Below, in pieces: positions 30,449-39,007 of a stretch of DNA of 64,000 bases. Position 1 is the first letter of the stretch. Every line of letters begins with the position of its first letter. Source of the DNA: Candidatus Dormibacteria bacterium (GTDB lineage Bacteria > Chloroflexota > Dormibacteria > Aeolococcales > Aeolococcaceae); assembly GCA_050010655.1 (NCBI GenBank), contig JBEKKP010000020.1, positions 404 through 64,403 of the forward strand, written 5' to 3'. The translations under genes and the position numbers were made by a program. The notes beneath the pieces are model-generated. The model saw only the letters and a program-made list of their open reading frames with translations, had not been told where the DNA came from and ran no database searches.

Positions 30449-30482
30449 GATGACGAGAGTCCCCGCTGCTATCGTGTCGGGG

Positions 30483-31313
30483 ATGCCGGACTTCTCGGAG
30501 GTGGCGGATCGCGTGTGGGTGGCGCGGTACGAATGGGCGGACGCCAACGTCACCGCGATCAGTGGCAGCCGAGGACTGGTTGTTGTGGACACACACGGCT
30601 CCACTGCCGCCGGGCGGATCGTGCTTGACGACCTCGGCCGTCTCGGGGTGGGTCGCGTGGCCCACGTTGTCAACAGCCATTGGCACTGGGATCACACGTT
30701 CGGCAATGCGGCGTTCCGGGAGGCCATCCGGGACGTGCCGATCCACGCCCACGAGGAGGCGGCGCTCTGGCTGACCGAGCGCAGTGACCGCATCAAGCAG
30801 CTGTACGCGGACTCCACCGACGATCACCGGGATGAGATCGCCGCGACCGAGGTTGTGATTCCCGACCAGACCTTCTCCGACATGCACGTCGTGGATCTGG
30901 GCGACCGCATCATCGAGCTGGTGTTCCTCGGCCGCGGCCACACTTCGGGCGACATAGTGGTCCGGGTGCCCGATGCCGATGTTGTGATCGTCGGCGACCT
31001 CGTGGAGGAGTCGGCAAAACCGTGGATTGGGATGGACTCGTGGCCCCTCGAGTGGCCGGCCACCCTTGACGTGCTGCTCGAGTTGGTGACCGAGCGCACG
31101 CTCGTGATCCCGGGCCACGGGATCGCTGTCGATCGGACCTATGTCCAGACGCAGCGAGACGAAATCAGCGAGATCGTCGAGATGGTCCGGAATCTCGCTT
31201 CGCTCGGCGTCCCGACCGAACGTGCGGCGGCCGAAGGCCAGTGGCCGTGGGAGGTGGACGATCGTATCCACAACGCCGTCACCCGAGGGTACGAAGCCCT
31301 GCGCTCTGGCTGA
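30483..31313 (+). CDS. MBL-fold metallo-hydrolase
   Basis: SHWHWDHTFGN, GHTSGD, GDL, IPGHG. Confidence 0.9.
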   Translation: MPDFSEVADRVWVARYEWADANVTAISGSRGLVVVDTHGSTAAGRIVLDDLGRLGVGRVAHVVNSHWHWDHTFGNAAFREAIRDVPIHAHEEAALWLTERSDRIKQLYADSTDDHRDEIAATEVVIPDQTFSDMHVVDLGDRIIELVFLGRGHTSGDIVVRVPDADVVIVGDLVEESAKPWIGMDSWPLEWPATLDVLLELVTERTLVIPGHGIAVDRTYVQTQRDEISEIVEMVRNLASLGVPTERAAAEGQWPWEVDDRIHNAVTRGYEALRSG

Positions 31314-31372
31314 GATCACGGACCCTCGACCTCACAGGGCACGCTCCTGATGCCCCTGGGCCGGACGCTGAA

Positions 31373-31768
31373 TCAGATGCCGACGATCGTCATCAGGTCG
31401 TCGAGGCCCGCGAAGTCGCCCGGGTTGCGCGTGAAGAGGTCGAGCCCGTTGGAGTGTGCGACCGCGGCGATCATCAGATCCGCAACCCGCCTGCGATGGG
31501 TTCGACCCGCCGCGACGACCGCGGCCACGATCTGCCCGTAGCTGCGGGCAGACGCAGCGTCGAATGGCAGCGGCTCCATCACCGACTCCACCTCTTGGAG
31601 GCGGACCTGGCGCCTGGCAGCCTCGGCAGGCGTCGCGGCGAGGTGGGTTCCGACTGCGAGTTCGGCAAGAGTGATCGCGGAGATGGCGAGCTGCGCGGGC
31701 AAGGCCTGCCGTACTGCAGGCTTGTGCCAGTCGATGACCACGGACGTGTCGAGGAGACCCGTCCCCAC
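31373..31768 (-). CDS. vapC: VapC PIN-domain toxin
   Basis: LLDTSVVI, ITLAEL, ADLMIAA, TRNPGDF. Confidence 0.9.
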   Translation of the reverse strand: MGTGLLDTSVVIDWHKPAVRQALPAQLAISAITLAELAVGTHLAATPAEAARRQVRLQEVESVMEPLPFDAASARSYGQIVAAVVAAGRTHRRRVADLMIAAVAHSNGLDLFTRNPGDFAGLDDLMTIVGI

Positions 31769-31769
31769 G

Positions 31770-32018
31770 TCAGATGCTCTGGTCGACTACCCGGTCGAGA
31801 TCGGCCCGGAACTGGTGGCGGTCGATCTCGCGGCCAGGAAGCTCTGACTCCGCGATCTCGTCACGGGAGATGAAGGTGCGACGCACATGTCTTGCGGGGC
31901 GCAGCTCGGCCACTGGCTCCCCGTTGCGGGTGACGATGAAGCTTTCGCCGGCCGCGACAGCATCGATCACCTGAGCGTTGTGATTGCGCAGCTCTCGCTG
32001 GGCCAGGACCTTCGCCAT
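31770..32018 (-). CDS. Phd/YefM (prevent-host-death) family antitoxin
   Basis: QRELRN...V..GE...VTRNGEPVAEL; directly upstream of the PIN toxin. Confidence 0.88.
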   Translation of the reverse strand: MAKVLAQRELRNHNAQVIDAVAAGESFIVTRNGEPVAELRPARHVRRTFISRDEIAESELPGREIDRHQFRADLDRVVDQSI

Positions 32019-32026
32019 CCCGACTA

Positions 32027-32056
32027 TCGTAGCAAAGTGGACTACGACATGCTACA
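32027..32056. promoter_or_regulatory. Putative TA autoregulatory operator overlapping the promoter
   Basis: GTAGCA...TGCTAC and TCGTAG...CTACGA inverted repeats overlapping the minus-strand TACGAT -10. Confidence 0.5.
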
Positions 32057-32099
32057 GACGCCTGTGCTGCCCTGTCACGTCAAGGCGGGTCGGCGGCGT

Positions 32100-32696
32100 T
32101 CACCAGACGAACGGAATCAGCCGCTTCGTCCGCTTGCTGTAGGCGACGTATCCGGGAAGGTCGCGGCGCAGCAGGGCCTCCTCGGCCCCGACCCGCCGGT
32201 GGTACGCAATGCTCAGCAGCGCGCCAACCACCTCGACGACCGCGAAGCTGCGCGACGTTAATGCAAATCCTGTCCAAATCATGAGCGCGCCGGCGTATCC
32301 GGGGTGGCGCACGAAACGGTATGGCCCACGGTCCACAACCTGCTGCGCGCCCTGCACGCGCAAGGTGCGCGAGTATGAGCTACCGAGGATGCGCATCGAC
32401 CATGCCCGCAGCCCGAGTCCGGCTATCTCGAGACTCAGCCCCAGCGGCGCTGTGGCGCGTGGCAGCTGCGGCCGTCGCAGCATGCGCACCGCGGGAGCCA
32501 CGACCGCGGCCGTTGCGTACGCGGCAACGATCATCCGTGTCGATCCACGGTCATCGCGTGACGCGGCGAGACTCGACGCCGCACCGCGCTCACGTGTCGA
32601 CGCTTCGAGGAGCAAGAAGCCAGCAACGCCCGCATATCCGGCGATGAACCATCCGATTCCTTCGCGACGGCTGGGTGCCTCCGGCGCCTCGTCCAC
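32100..32696 (-). CDS. Isoprenylcysteine carboxyl methyltransferase family protein (start approximate)
   Basis: GPYRFVRHPGYAG, EEALL, RTKRLIPFVW. Confidence 0.85.
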   Translation of the reverse strand: MDEAPEAPSRREGIGWFIAGYAGVAGFLLLEASTRERGAASSLAASRDDRGSTRMIVAAYATAAVVAPAVRMLRRPQLPRATAPLGLSLEIAGLGLRAWSMRILGSSYSRTLRVQGAQQVVDRGPYRFVRHPGYAGALMIWTGFALTSRSFAVVEVVGALLSIAYHRRVGAEEALLRRDLPGYVAYSKRTKRLIPFVW

Positions 32697-32733
32697 GGCA
32701 ACAGCGTGACACCTGGCTGATACGCTCCGCCAC

Positions 32734-33834
32734 ATGAGTGACGACCGGCCCGTACTGCTTTTTGGTGAGAGCTATCACCACCCCAACATCCTGTATCGCA
32801 CCGGATTTCTCGTCCCCGATCCTGTCGTGGTGGTGGACCGTGGCGGTTCGGACACCGTCCTCTGGGCAAGCGCCCTGGAAGAGGGGCGCGCGCGCAAGGA
32901 AGCGTCGGTCGGCGCGGTTCGCAGCATTGTCGAGCTCGACATCGCGCCGTCCCGGCCGGGTGGCAACGAGTACGACGGTTGGGCAGCGCTGGTGGAGGCG
33001 GTCTGCCGCGAGCACGGGCTGAACGCAGTCGACGTCGACGCCGACTTCCCCACGGTCTTGGCCGACCACCTGCGCCACAGCGACGTCGACGTGCGGCCTC
33101 GGAACGACATCTACCAGGAGCGACGCCGCATCAAGACGCCGCAGGAAATCGAGTGGATCACCGCCACCGAGAATGCCGGGATGGCCGCGCTCCAGAAGGC
33201 AATCGACGTGATCGCCGCCGCAGAGATTCGCGACGGGCTGTTGCAGCACCGAGGTCGCAACATGACGAGCGCGGATCTCATCTACACCGTGGAACGTCAC
33301 CTGCTCGAGAACGGCGACAGCACCGTCGACTCGATCTGTTGCGGCGGGCCTGAGTCAGCGGATCCTCACCGGACCGAGAGCGACGTCATCCCCCGCTACT
33401 GGGGCGACATGACGCGCACCGTCGTGCGTGGGACGCCGCCGGCCGAGGTCATGCGCATGTGGGACGCGGTGCTCGAGGCGCAGCAGGCGGGGCTCGACAC
33501 GGTACGGCCGGGCGCGAACGGCCGTGACGTCCATTTTGCGTGCTGCGAAGTCTTCAAGAGACACGGCTATGGGTCGCTCCCGAAGCCGTACCGCGACATC
33601 CAGAGCGACGCCCGATTCATCCACGGGACGGGTCACGGACTCGGGCTCGAGATCCACGAGTACCCGCGCATCAACGAGACCGACGTGGTCCTTGAAGTCG
33701 GCGACGTCATCACCGTGGAGCCGGGCCTGTACGACCCGCGATTGGGTGGCATCCGCATCGAGGATCTCGTCGTCGTGACGGAGACCGGCTGCCGGAATCT
33801 GACGACACTGCCGAAGCAGTTCCTGCTCGACTGA
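32734..33834 (+). CDS. Xaa-Pro peptidase (M24B), with an apparent in-frame internal deletion
   Basis: IKTPQEI, GDMTRT, HGTGHGLGLEIHE, TVEPGLY, GIRIED. Confidence 0.85.
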   Translation: MSDDRPVLLFGESYHHPNILYRTGFLVPDPVVVVDRGGSDTVLWASALEEGRARKEASVGAVRSIVELDIAPSRPGGNEYDGWAALVEAVCREHGLNAVDVDADFPTVLADHLRHSDVDVRPRNDIYQERRRIKTPQEIEWITATENAGMAALQKAIDVIAAAEIRDGLLQHRGRNMTSADLIYTVERHLLENGDSTVDSICCGGPESADPHRTESDVIPRYWGDMTRTVVRGTPPAEVMRMWDAVLEAQQAGLDTVRPGANGRDVHFACCEVFKRHGYGSLPKPYRDIQSDARFIHGTGHGLGLEIHEYPRINETDVVLEVGDVITVEPGLYDPRLGGIRIEDLVVVTETGCRNLTTLPKQFLLD

Positions 33835-33875
33835 GCTCGGGCCCCGGCGGATCTCCAAGCGGTGCCTGCTACACT

Positions 33876-33996
33876 GCGAACGCTTCTCATCGAGGAGCGT
33901 TTCCACATAACGCTTTCCTGCGCCCGGATCGCGACTGCCTGATCACCTCGGCAGCCGCAGCACCCCGGGCGTCGCAAGCCCAGAGGAAAGGAGGTG
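33876..33996 (+). promoter_or_regulatory. Putative rpsF leader (S6:S18-type autoregulatory RNA)
   Basis: CTTTCCT (33913-19) pairs with AGGAAAG (33984-90) next to the SD GGAGGTG; inner stems GCGCCCGG/CCGGGCGT and CTGCC/GGCAG; CCC at 33979-81. Confidence 0.55.
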
Positions 33997-34002
33997 CCAC
34001 GC

Positions 34003-34467
34003 ATGGTGCGTGACTACGAACTCATGTACATCGTCCGGCCGGAGCTGGAGGATGACGCGGTGCGCGTTGCCGTCAAGTCGGTGCGCGCGCTGATCGAGTC
34101 CCACGGCGGCGAGGTCGTCAAGACCACGCTCTGGGGCAAGCGCCGTCTGGCTTTCGAGGTCAAGCGGCTCCGCGAGGGCCACTACGTGCTCGTGGTGTTC
34201 CACCTCGACGGCGGCAAGGTCGCCGAGATCGAGCGGGCGCTGCGCATCCACGACACGGTCTTCCGCCACCTCATCGTCGTGCACGAGGGTCCGATGCCGG
34301 ATCCGGAGGCCGAGATCGAGGAGGTCCAGGGGCCGATCGAGCCGGAAGCTGAAATCGATGGCGCAGACGCGGATACTGTCAGGGCAGGGTCCGTGGGTGG
34401 GGACGACGATCTGGAAGCAGACGACGTGCCCTCGGCAATCGATGAAGACGACGAAGGAGATGTGTGA
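34003..34467 (+). CDS. rpsF: 30S ribosomal protein S6 with long acidic tail
   Basis: RDYELMYIVRP, WGKRRLAFEV; strong SD. Confidence 0.96.
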   Translation: MVRDYELMYIVRPELEDDAVRVAVKSVRALIESHGGEVVKTTLWGKRRLAFEVKRLREGHYVLVVFHLDGGKVAEIERALRIHDTVFRHLIVVHEGPMPDPEAEIEEVQGPIEPEAEIDGADADTVRAGSVGGDDDLEADDVPSAIDEDDEGDV

Positions 34468-34928
34468 TGGCGGGTTCCCTCAATCGGGTGATGCTCATCG
34501 GCAGGCTGACCCGCGACCCCGAGCTCCGTTACACGCCGAGCGGCACCGCCGTGTGCAACCTCGCACTCGCGACCAACCGCTACGGCAGCGATCCGGCAAC
34601 CGGTGAGCGCAAGGAGTTCACCGACTACCACGACGTCGTGGTCTGGAACCAGGGCACGCGCAAGCTCGCGGAGACCACCGCGCAATACCTGCAGAAGGGC
34701 CGCCTCATCTACGTCGAGGGCCGGCTGCAGACGCGCTCGTGGGACGACGCCACGAGCGGCCAGAAGCGCTACAAGACCGAAGTCAACGCCAACGACGTCC
34801 AGTTCCTCGACAGCACCGGCCGTCAGGAAGGTGCACCGTCCGGCGACGCAGGTGGCGGCGCAGTCCCGTCGCAGTCGCCAGTGCCCGTCGGCGGCGGTGA
34901 CGTCGACCCCGATGACATTCCGTTCTAA
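34467..34928 (+). CDS. ssb: Single-stranded DNA-binding protein
   Basis: LNRVMLIGRLTRDPELRYTPSG, VEGRLQTRSW, C-terminal DDIPF. Confidence 0.97.
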   Translation: MAGSLNRVMLIGRLTRDPELRYTPSGTAVCNLALATNRYGSDPATGERKEFTDYHDVVVWNQGTRKLAETTAQYLQKGRLIYVEGRLQTRSWDDATSGQKRYKTEVNANDVQFLDSTGRQEGAPSGDAGGGAVPSQSPVPVGGGDVDPDDIPF

Positions 34929-34955
34929 GTATTTGCCCTTCTAGGTTGGAGACCA

Positions 34956-35183
34956 ATGCCTGATTTCGATCGCCGCCGCCGCAAGGTGTGCAGCTTCTGC
35001 CTGGAGCACATCGACTTCATCGACTACAAGGAAGTCACGCGTCTCCGCCGGTACCTGTCGGAGCGCGGCAAGATCCTGCCGCGCCGCATGACAGGAACCT
35101 GCGCACGCCATCAGCGGTCGCTGACGGTTGCGCTGAAGCGGGCGCGCCATATCGCGCTGCTGCCGTTTGCGGAGATCCGCTAG
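34956..35183 (+). CDS. rpsR: 30S ribosomal protein S18 (Zn-binding type)
   Basis: [30 protein letters not shown]. Confidence 0.97.
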   Translation: MPDFDRRRRKVCSFCLEHIDFIDYKEVTRLRRYLSERGKILPRRMTGTCARHQRSLTVALKRARHIALLPFAEIR

Positions 35184-36094
35184 CTCGTCGCCTCGGGGAG
35201 CTCGTACACCTGGACCTCCCAGAATGTGTGTGGCGGGGTCTCGACCGTGAGGTTCGTGACACCGTCGAACGTCGGTTTCGGGGTTCCCTCCACGCCGATC
35301 GTGCCTTTCGCGCATGGCGCGCTCTCGAAGTGCGCAACACCCACGCCTATCGAGAAGTCAATGGATTTCGCGCCCGTGCAGGTGTATTGCACGTAGAACG
35401 GACCTGTCGGCAGGAACGTCTGAATCCCTGAGGTTCCGACGCCATCGGTCGAAGGGACCAGAATGGTCGCTCCGGCCGGGATTGTTGACGGTCCAAGAAG
35501 CGGAAGCGGCGCGACCGGGCCACTGTCGGCGACGACGATCTCCCACACCGTCGACGGCGCAGCGCTGATCTTCACGGTGAGCGGCTTGCCGTCGATTGCC
35601 GAGGACGCCGGAAGGCTGATGCCGTTGATCACTCCGTCATCGCAGCTATCCGCCGTCATGCCCACCACGTTCCCCGGCGAATTCAATGAGAACGTTCCGC
35701 TGCCGTTGCAAGCGGACTGGATGAACACGATCCCCTGAGGGACGAAGCTGGGCAGCGAAGCGTCGCCGCGCCCGCGCACGGTCCGGATCTCTGTGTGGCT
35801 GATTGATGGAAGGCCGAGAGTCAGCTGTGACTCGGTCGGGAGCAGAGGACGTGATGCCGGCGCGGGTGGTTTTCCGTTGTGACGGCCCGCCAGCTCGGTT
35901 GCAAAGACTCCGACGCCGGCGGCGACGATGGCGACGCCCGCCATACCGGCGACGAAATGCAGCGTCCGGCGATGCGGGCGCGGCCGTGTCACCTCGAAGC
36001 TCTCGAAACCACGTCGTGGACGCTCGTCCTCGATCTGCTCGTAGAAGGACCGCAGCCTGCCGTCAAGCCGAGGATCGATATCAATCATCGCCAA
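35180..36094 (-). CDS. Single-TM protein, putative anti-sigma factor, with duplicated extracellular domain
   Basis: Overlaps the ECF sigma stop; one TM helix; two C..C..WE repeats. Confidence 0.6.
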   Translation of the reverse strand: MAMIDIDPRLDGRLRSFYEQIEDERPRRGFESFEVTRPRPHRRTLHFVAGMAGVAIVAAGVGVFATELAGRHNGKPPAPASRPLLPTESQLTLGLPSISHTEIRTVRGRGDASLPSFVPQGIVFIQSACNGSGTFSLNSPGNVVGMTADSCDDGVINGISLPASSAIDGKPLTVKISAAPSTVWEIVVADSGPVAPLPLLGPSTIPAGATILVPSTDGVGTSGIQTFLPTGPFYVQYTCTGAKSIDFSIGVGVAHFESAPCAKGTIGVEGTPKPTFDGVTNLTVETPPHTFWEVQVYELPEATS

Positions 36095-36608
36095 GTTCCC
36101 TTCTCAACGTGGCGAGACCGCGAGCGAGGTGTGTGCGCACGCTTCCCGGGCTGCAACCCATGAAGACAGCGCATTCCTCGACCGAGTAGCCGTGCCGGTA
36201 GTTGAGCGTGATCGCCGCCCGCTGCCTGAGCGAGAGACGCCGATATGCGCGATCCATGTCGACGAACTCCGCGGCAGTGTTGGCGTCGCCTCGGGACCCC
36301 GCGTCCTCGATCAGCGCAAGCGGCGGCCATCCTCGCGAACGGAGGTGCCGCCGCCTGCTGATGCAGTGGTTGACGCACACACGCGTCAACCACGACGCCG
36401 GTCGGTCCATGGCTGATACCGAGTTCCAGGACCTCCAGGCCTTGAGCAGCGTTTCCTGAACCGCATCCTCAGCCTCGCCCTCGTCTCTGAGGATCGACAG
36501 CGCGAGCGAGTAGAGCCGCCTGGCATCCGGGACCGCGATTGCCTCGAAGGTGCGATCGGGCGATGCCTCCCCCGACTGAACGACGCCTGCAGCCGCAATC
36601 ACATTCAT
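36081..36608 (-). CDS. ECF RNA polymerase sigma factor (SigE-like)
   Basis: AEDAVQETLLKAW, WLTRVCVN, LSLRQRAAITL, GSVRTHLARG. Confidence 0.92.
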   Translation of the reverse strand: MNVIAAAGVVQSGEASPDRTFEAIAVPDARRLYSLALSILRDEGEAEDAVQETLLKAWRSWNSVSAMDRPASWLTRVCVNHCISRRRHLRSRGWPPLALIEDAGSRGDANTAAEFVDMDRAYRRLSLRQRAAITLNYRHGYSVEECAVFMGCSPGSVRTHLARGLATLRRELGDD

Positions 36609-36667
36609 CCCAACGCTTCCCAAGGCGGTTTTGCTGACACGCCGCTCCTATACTGGGCCGCAGGCGC

Positions 36668-37717
36668 ATGCGCGTTCCCCGGGCTCGTTTTCTCCACATC
36701 CTTGTCATAGCCCCGGCCGCCGCGATTGCCGCGGGTGTCCTCGGTCCGACGCCCCATGCCCTGGCAGCGGCAGCGAAGGCGCCAGCACCGATCGTCGTCA
36801 CGGTCGATCCTGCCTTCGGCGGCCAGCCCACCCCGGCGAATCCGAATGTCCCCTTCGACCCCGGCGTGATCGGGGTCAACGGCCTGCTCGCGAAGGACGT
36901 CGACCTCGACGTGGGTAAGCGTCTCGCCGCACTGCTGCGGGGCGACCTCGTCGACGTGGTGATGACCCGAAGCACCGACGTGTACGTGTCGGCGACCCGG
37001 CGGGAGCAGGTTTCGGCAGCGCATCACGCGGTGCTGGTCGTGAGCGTCGAGGTGGCGACCGCAGCGAGTCCCAACACTCGCGGATCGCTCGTGCTGTATC
37101 CGAGCAATCCCGGCAGAGCGTTCGCGCAGACCCTCAGCGATGCGCTTGCCGCGCAGGTCTCGACTGATGGACTCCCTGACGGTGGAGTCGCTCTCGGCGA
37201 CGCGGCGTGGGCCCGTTCGCGCGTGCCCGCCGCGACCGTCGAAATCGGGTATCTCAGCAATCGCACGGATGCCACGCTGATGGCGACGGCATCGTTTCGT
37301 CAGGACGTCGCCGAAGGCCTGCGCAACGGCGTTGAGGCCTATATGCCCGCGATCATCTCGCGGCGCAATGCGATCGTCGCCTGGCGAAGCGATCACCCCG
37401 GGGCGGTTGCCTCGACTGGATTCGCGCCCGCGTCAGCGGCGATTCCGGGGACGCAAGGATTTCAGTTCGAGCCGGTGATCGCGTGGCTGCTCGCCATCGT
37501 CGGGGTCGGTCTGCTGTTGCTCTTTCGTGATGCGGTGGCGCGCGTTCTCGTGGTTGTCATCGCGATGTTCGTGCGACTGTTTGGCGGTGTGCTGTGGTTG
37601 CGACGTGCTGCGATTCGGAGGCGTCGACGTCGACAACGGAGTGACGGGTCGTCGCGGTCGCGCCCGATTCCAACGGAGCGGCGGCACGGATCCGTGTACG
37701 ACGACATCCCGCTCTAA
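36668..37717 (+). CDS. N-acetylmuramoyl-L-alanine amidase (Amidase_3) homologue, catalytic Zn ligands degenerate
   Basis: VDPAFGG, DPG, AKDVDL, VVMTRSTD, PAATVEIGYLSN; signal peptide and C-terminal TM segments. Confidence 0.8.
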   Translation: MRVPRARFLHILVIAPAAAIAAGVLGPTPHALAAAAKAPAPIVVTVDPAFGGQPTPANPNVPFDPGVIGVNGLLAKDVDLDVGKRLAALLRGDLVDVVMTRSTDVYVSATRREQVSAAHHAVLVVSVEVATAASPNTRGSLVLYPSNPGRAFAQTLSDALAAQVSTDGLPDGGVALGDAAWARSRVPAATVEIGYLSNRTDATLMATASFRQDVAEGLRNGVEAYMPAIISRRNAIVAWRSDHPGAVASTGFAPASAAIPGTQGFQFEPVIAWLLAIVGVGLLLLFRDAVARVLVVVIAMFVRLFGGVLWLRRAAIRRRRRRQRSDGSSRSRPIPTERRHGSVYDDIPL

Positions 37718-37828
37718 AGACAAGGACCGCTGACGCTGACCCAGGTGAACGGCCGGCGATAGGGGATCGCTGTCGACTCCCTTTCTCGGCGGGCGGTCCC
37801 GAACCCGGGCTTCGGTAGACTTCGGCCT

Positions 37829-39007
37829 ATGGGTGAACCACAACTCCGCGTTCCCGGTCCGACCCCGCTCCCCGCTCGCGTGGTCCGCTCCGCGAGCCGT
37901 CCCATGATCAACCACCGCGGCCCGGAGTTCGCCGCGGTGATGGATGACGTCATCAGTGGCTTGCGCTGGGCATTGCGTACTGAGAACGACATCCTGCTGT
38001 ACCCGTGCAGTGGTACCGGCGGCCTCGAGGCCACCGTCGTCAACCTGCTGAGTCCCGGCGAGCAGGCGTTGTTCTGCGCCATGGGCTCCTTCGGCGAGCG
38101 CTGGGCAAAGATCGGCGACGTCTACGGAGCCGAGGTCGTGCGCCTCACGGTTGCGCCTGGCGAGCCGATCGATCCCGAGGATGTCGAGCGCACGCTCGCC
38201 GAGCATCCCGGCATCACCACGGTCTTCGTGACCCACAACGAGACGTCGACGGGCGTGACCAACGATCTCGCGGCGATTGCCGGCGTCGTCAAGAGCCGCG
38301 GCAAGATGCTCGCCGTCGACAGTGTGAGCGGCGCCGGTTGCCTCCCCTTGGAGACCGATGGGCTCGGCATCGACGTTCTGGTCACCGGCTCGCAGAAAGG
38401 CTGGATGGCTCCACCAGGCATCGCGATGCTCGCCGTGAGCGCTGCGGCGTTTGCGCGTGCCGAAACCGCCACCAACCCGCGCTTCTATCTCGACTTCGGT
38501 CGCGAGAAGAAGTCGCAGGACAAGAACCAGACCGCCACGACGCCGGCCGTGCAGGTGATGTTCGCGCTCCAGGAAGGTCTTGCGATGCTTCGCGAGGAGG
38601 GCATGGACAACGTCTGGGCCCGCCACGCGCGTGTCGGCGACATGATTCGCGCCGGCATCGAGGCGATGGGCATGAAACTGCTCGCGGCGCCGGGTCACCG
38701 GAGCAACACCGTGACTGCCGTGCACAGCCCCGCGGACACGCCCGAAGCATTGAAGACGCTGCTCACCACGCTGCGGACCGCGCACGGACTGGTGCTTGCC
38801 GGTGGCCAGGAGTCGTTGCAGGGCAAGATCTTCCGGATCGGCCATCTCGGTTTCATCGACGACGCCGACGCGTACACGATCCTTGCACTGCTCGAGGCGG
38901 GCCTCATCGACACGGGGCTGCGCACGCGAGGCGGACTCGCGATCGCAGCGGCACAGGCTGCTGCGCGGGGAACGGTCGCTCACGCAGAACCCGTCACCGT
39001 CGGGTGA
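37829..39007 (+). CDS. Class V PLP aminotransferase (serine-pyruvate/AGAT type; probable phosphoserine aminotransferase role)
   Basis: PGPTP, HNETSTG, VDSVS, GSQKG, FRIGHLG; coupled to serA. Confidence 0.9.
   Translation: MGEPQLRVPGPTPLPARVVRSASRPMINHRGPEFAAVMDDVISGLRWALRTENDILLYPCSGTGGLEATVVNLLSPGEQALFCAMGSFGERWAKIGDVYGAEVVRLTVAPGEPIDPEDVERTLAEHPGITTVFVTHNETSTGVTNDLAAIAGVVKSRGKMLAVDSVSGAGCLPLETDGLGIDVLVTGSQKGWMAPPGIAMLAVSAAAFARAETATNPRFYLDFGREKKSQDKNQTATTPAVQVMFALQEGLAMLREEGMDNVWARHARVGDMIRAGIEAMGMKLLAAPGHRSNTVTAVHSPADTPEALKTLLTTLRTAHGLVLAGGQESLQGKIFRIGHLGFIDDADAYTILALLEAGLIDTGLRTRGGLAIAAAQAAARGTVAHAEPVTVG

Noticed and set aside
29855-33000. Integrative element at tRNA-Val
   Set aside because: No integrase or transposase, and no duplicated tRNA 3' end seen
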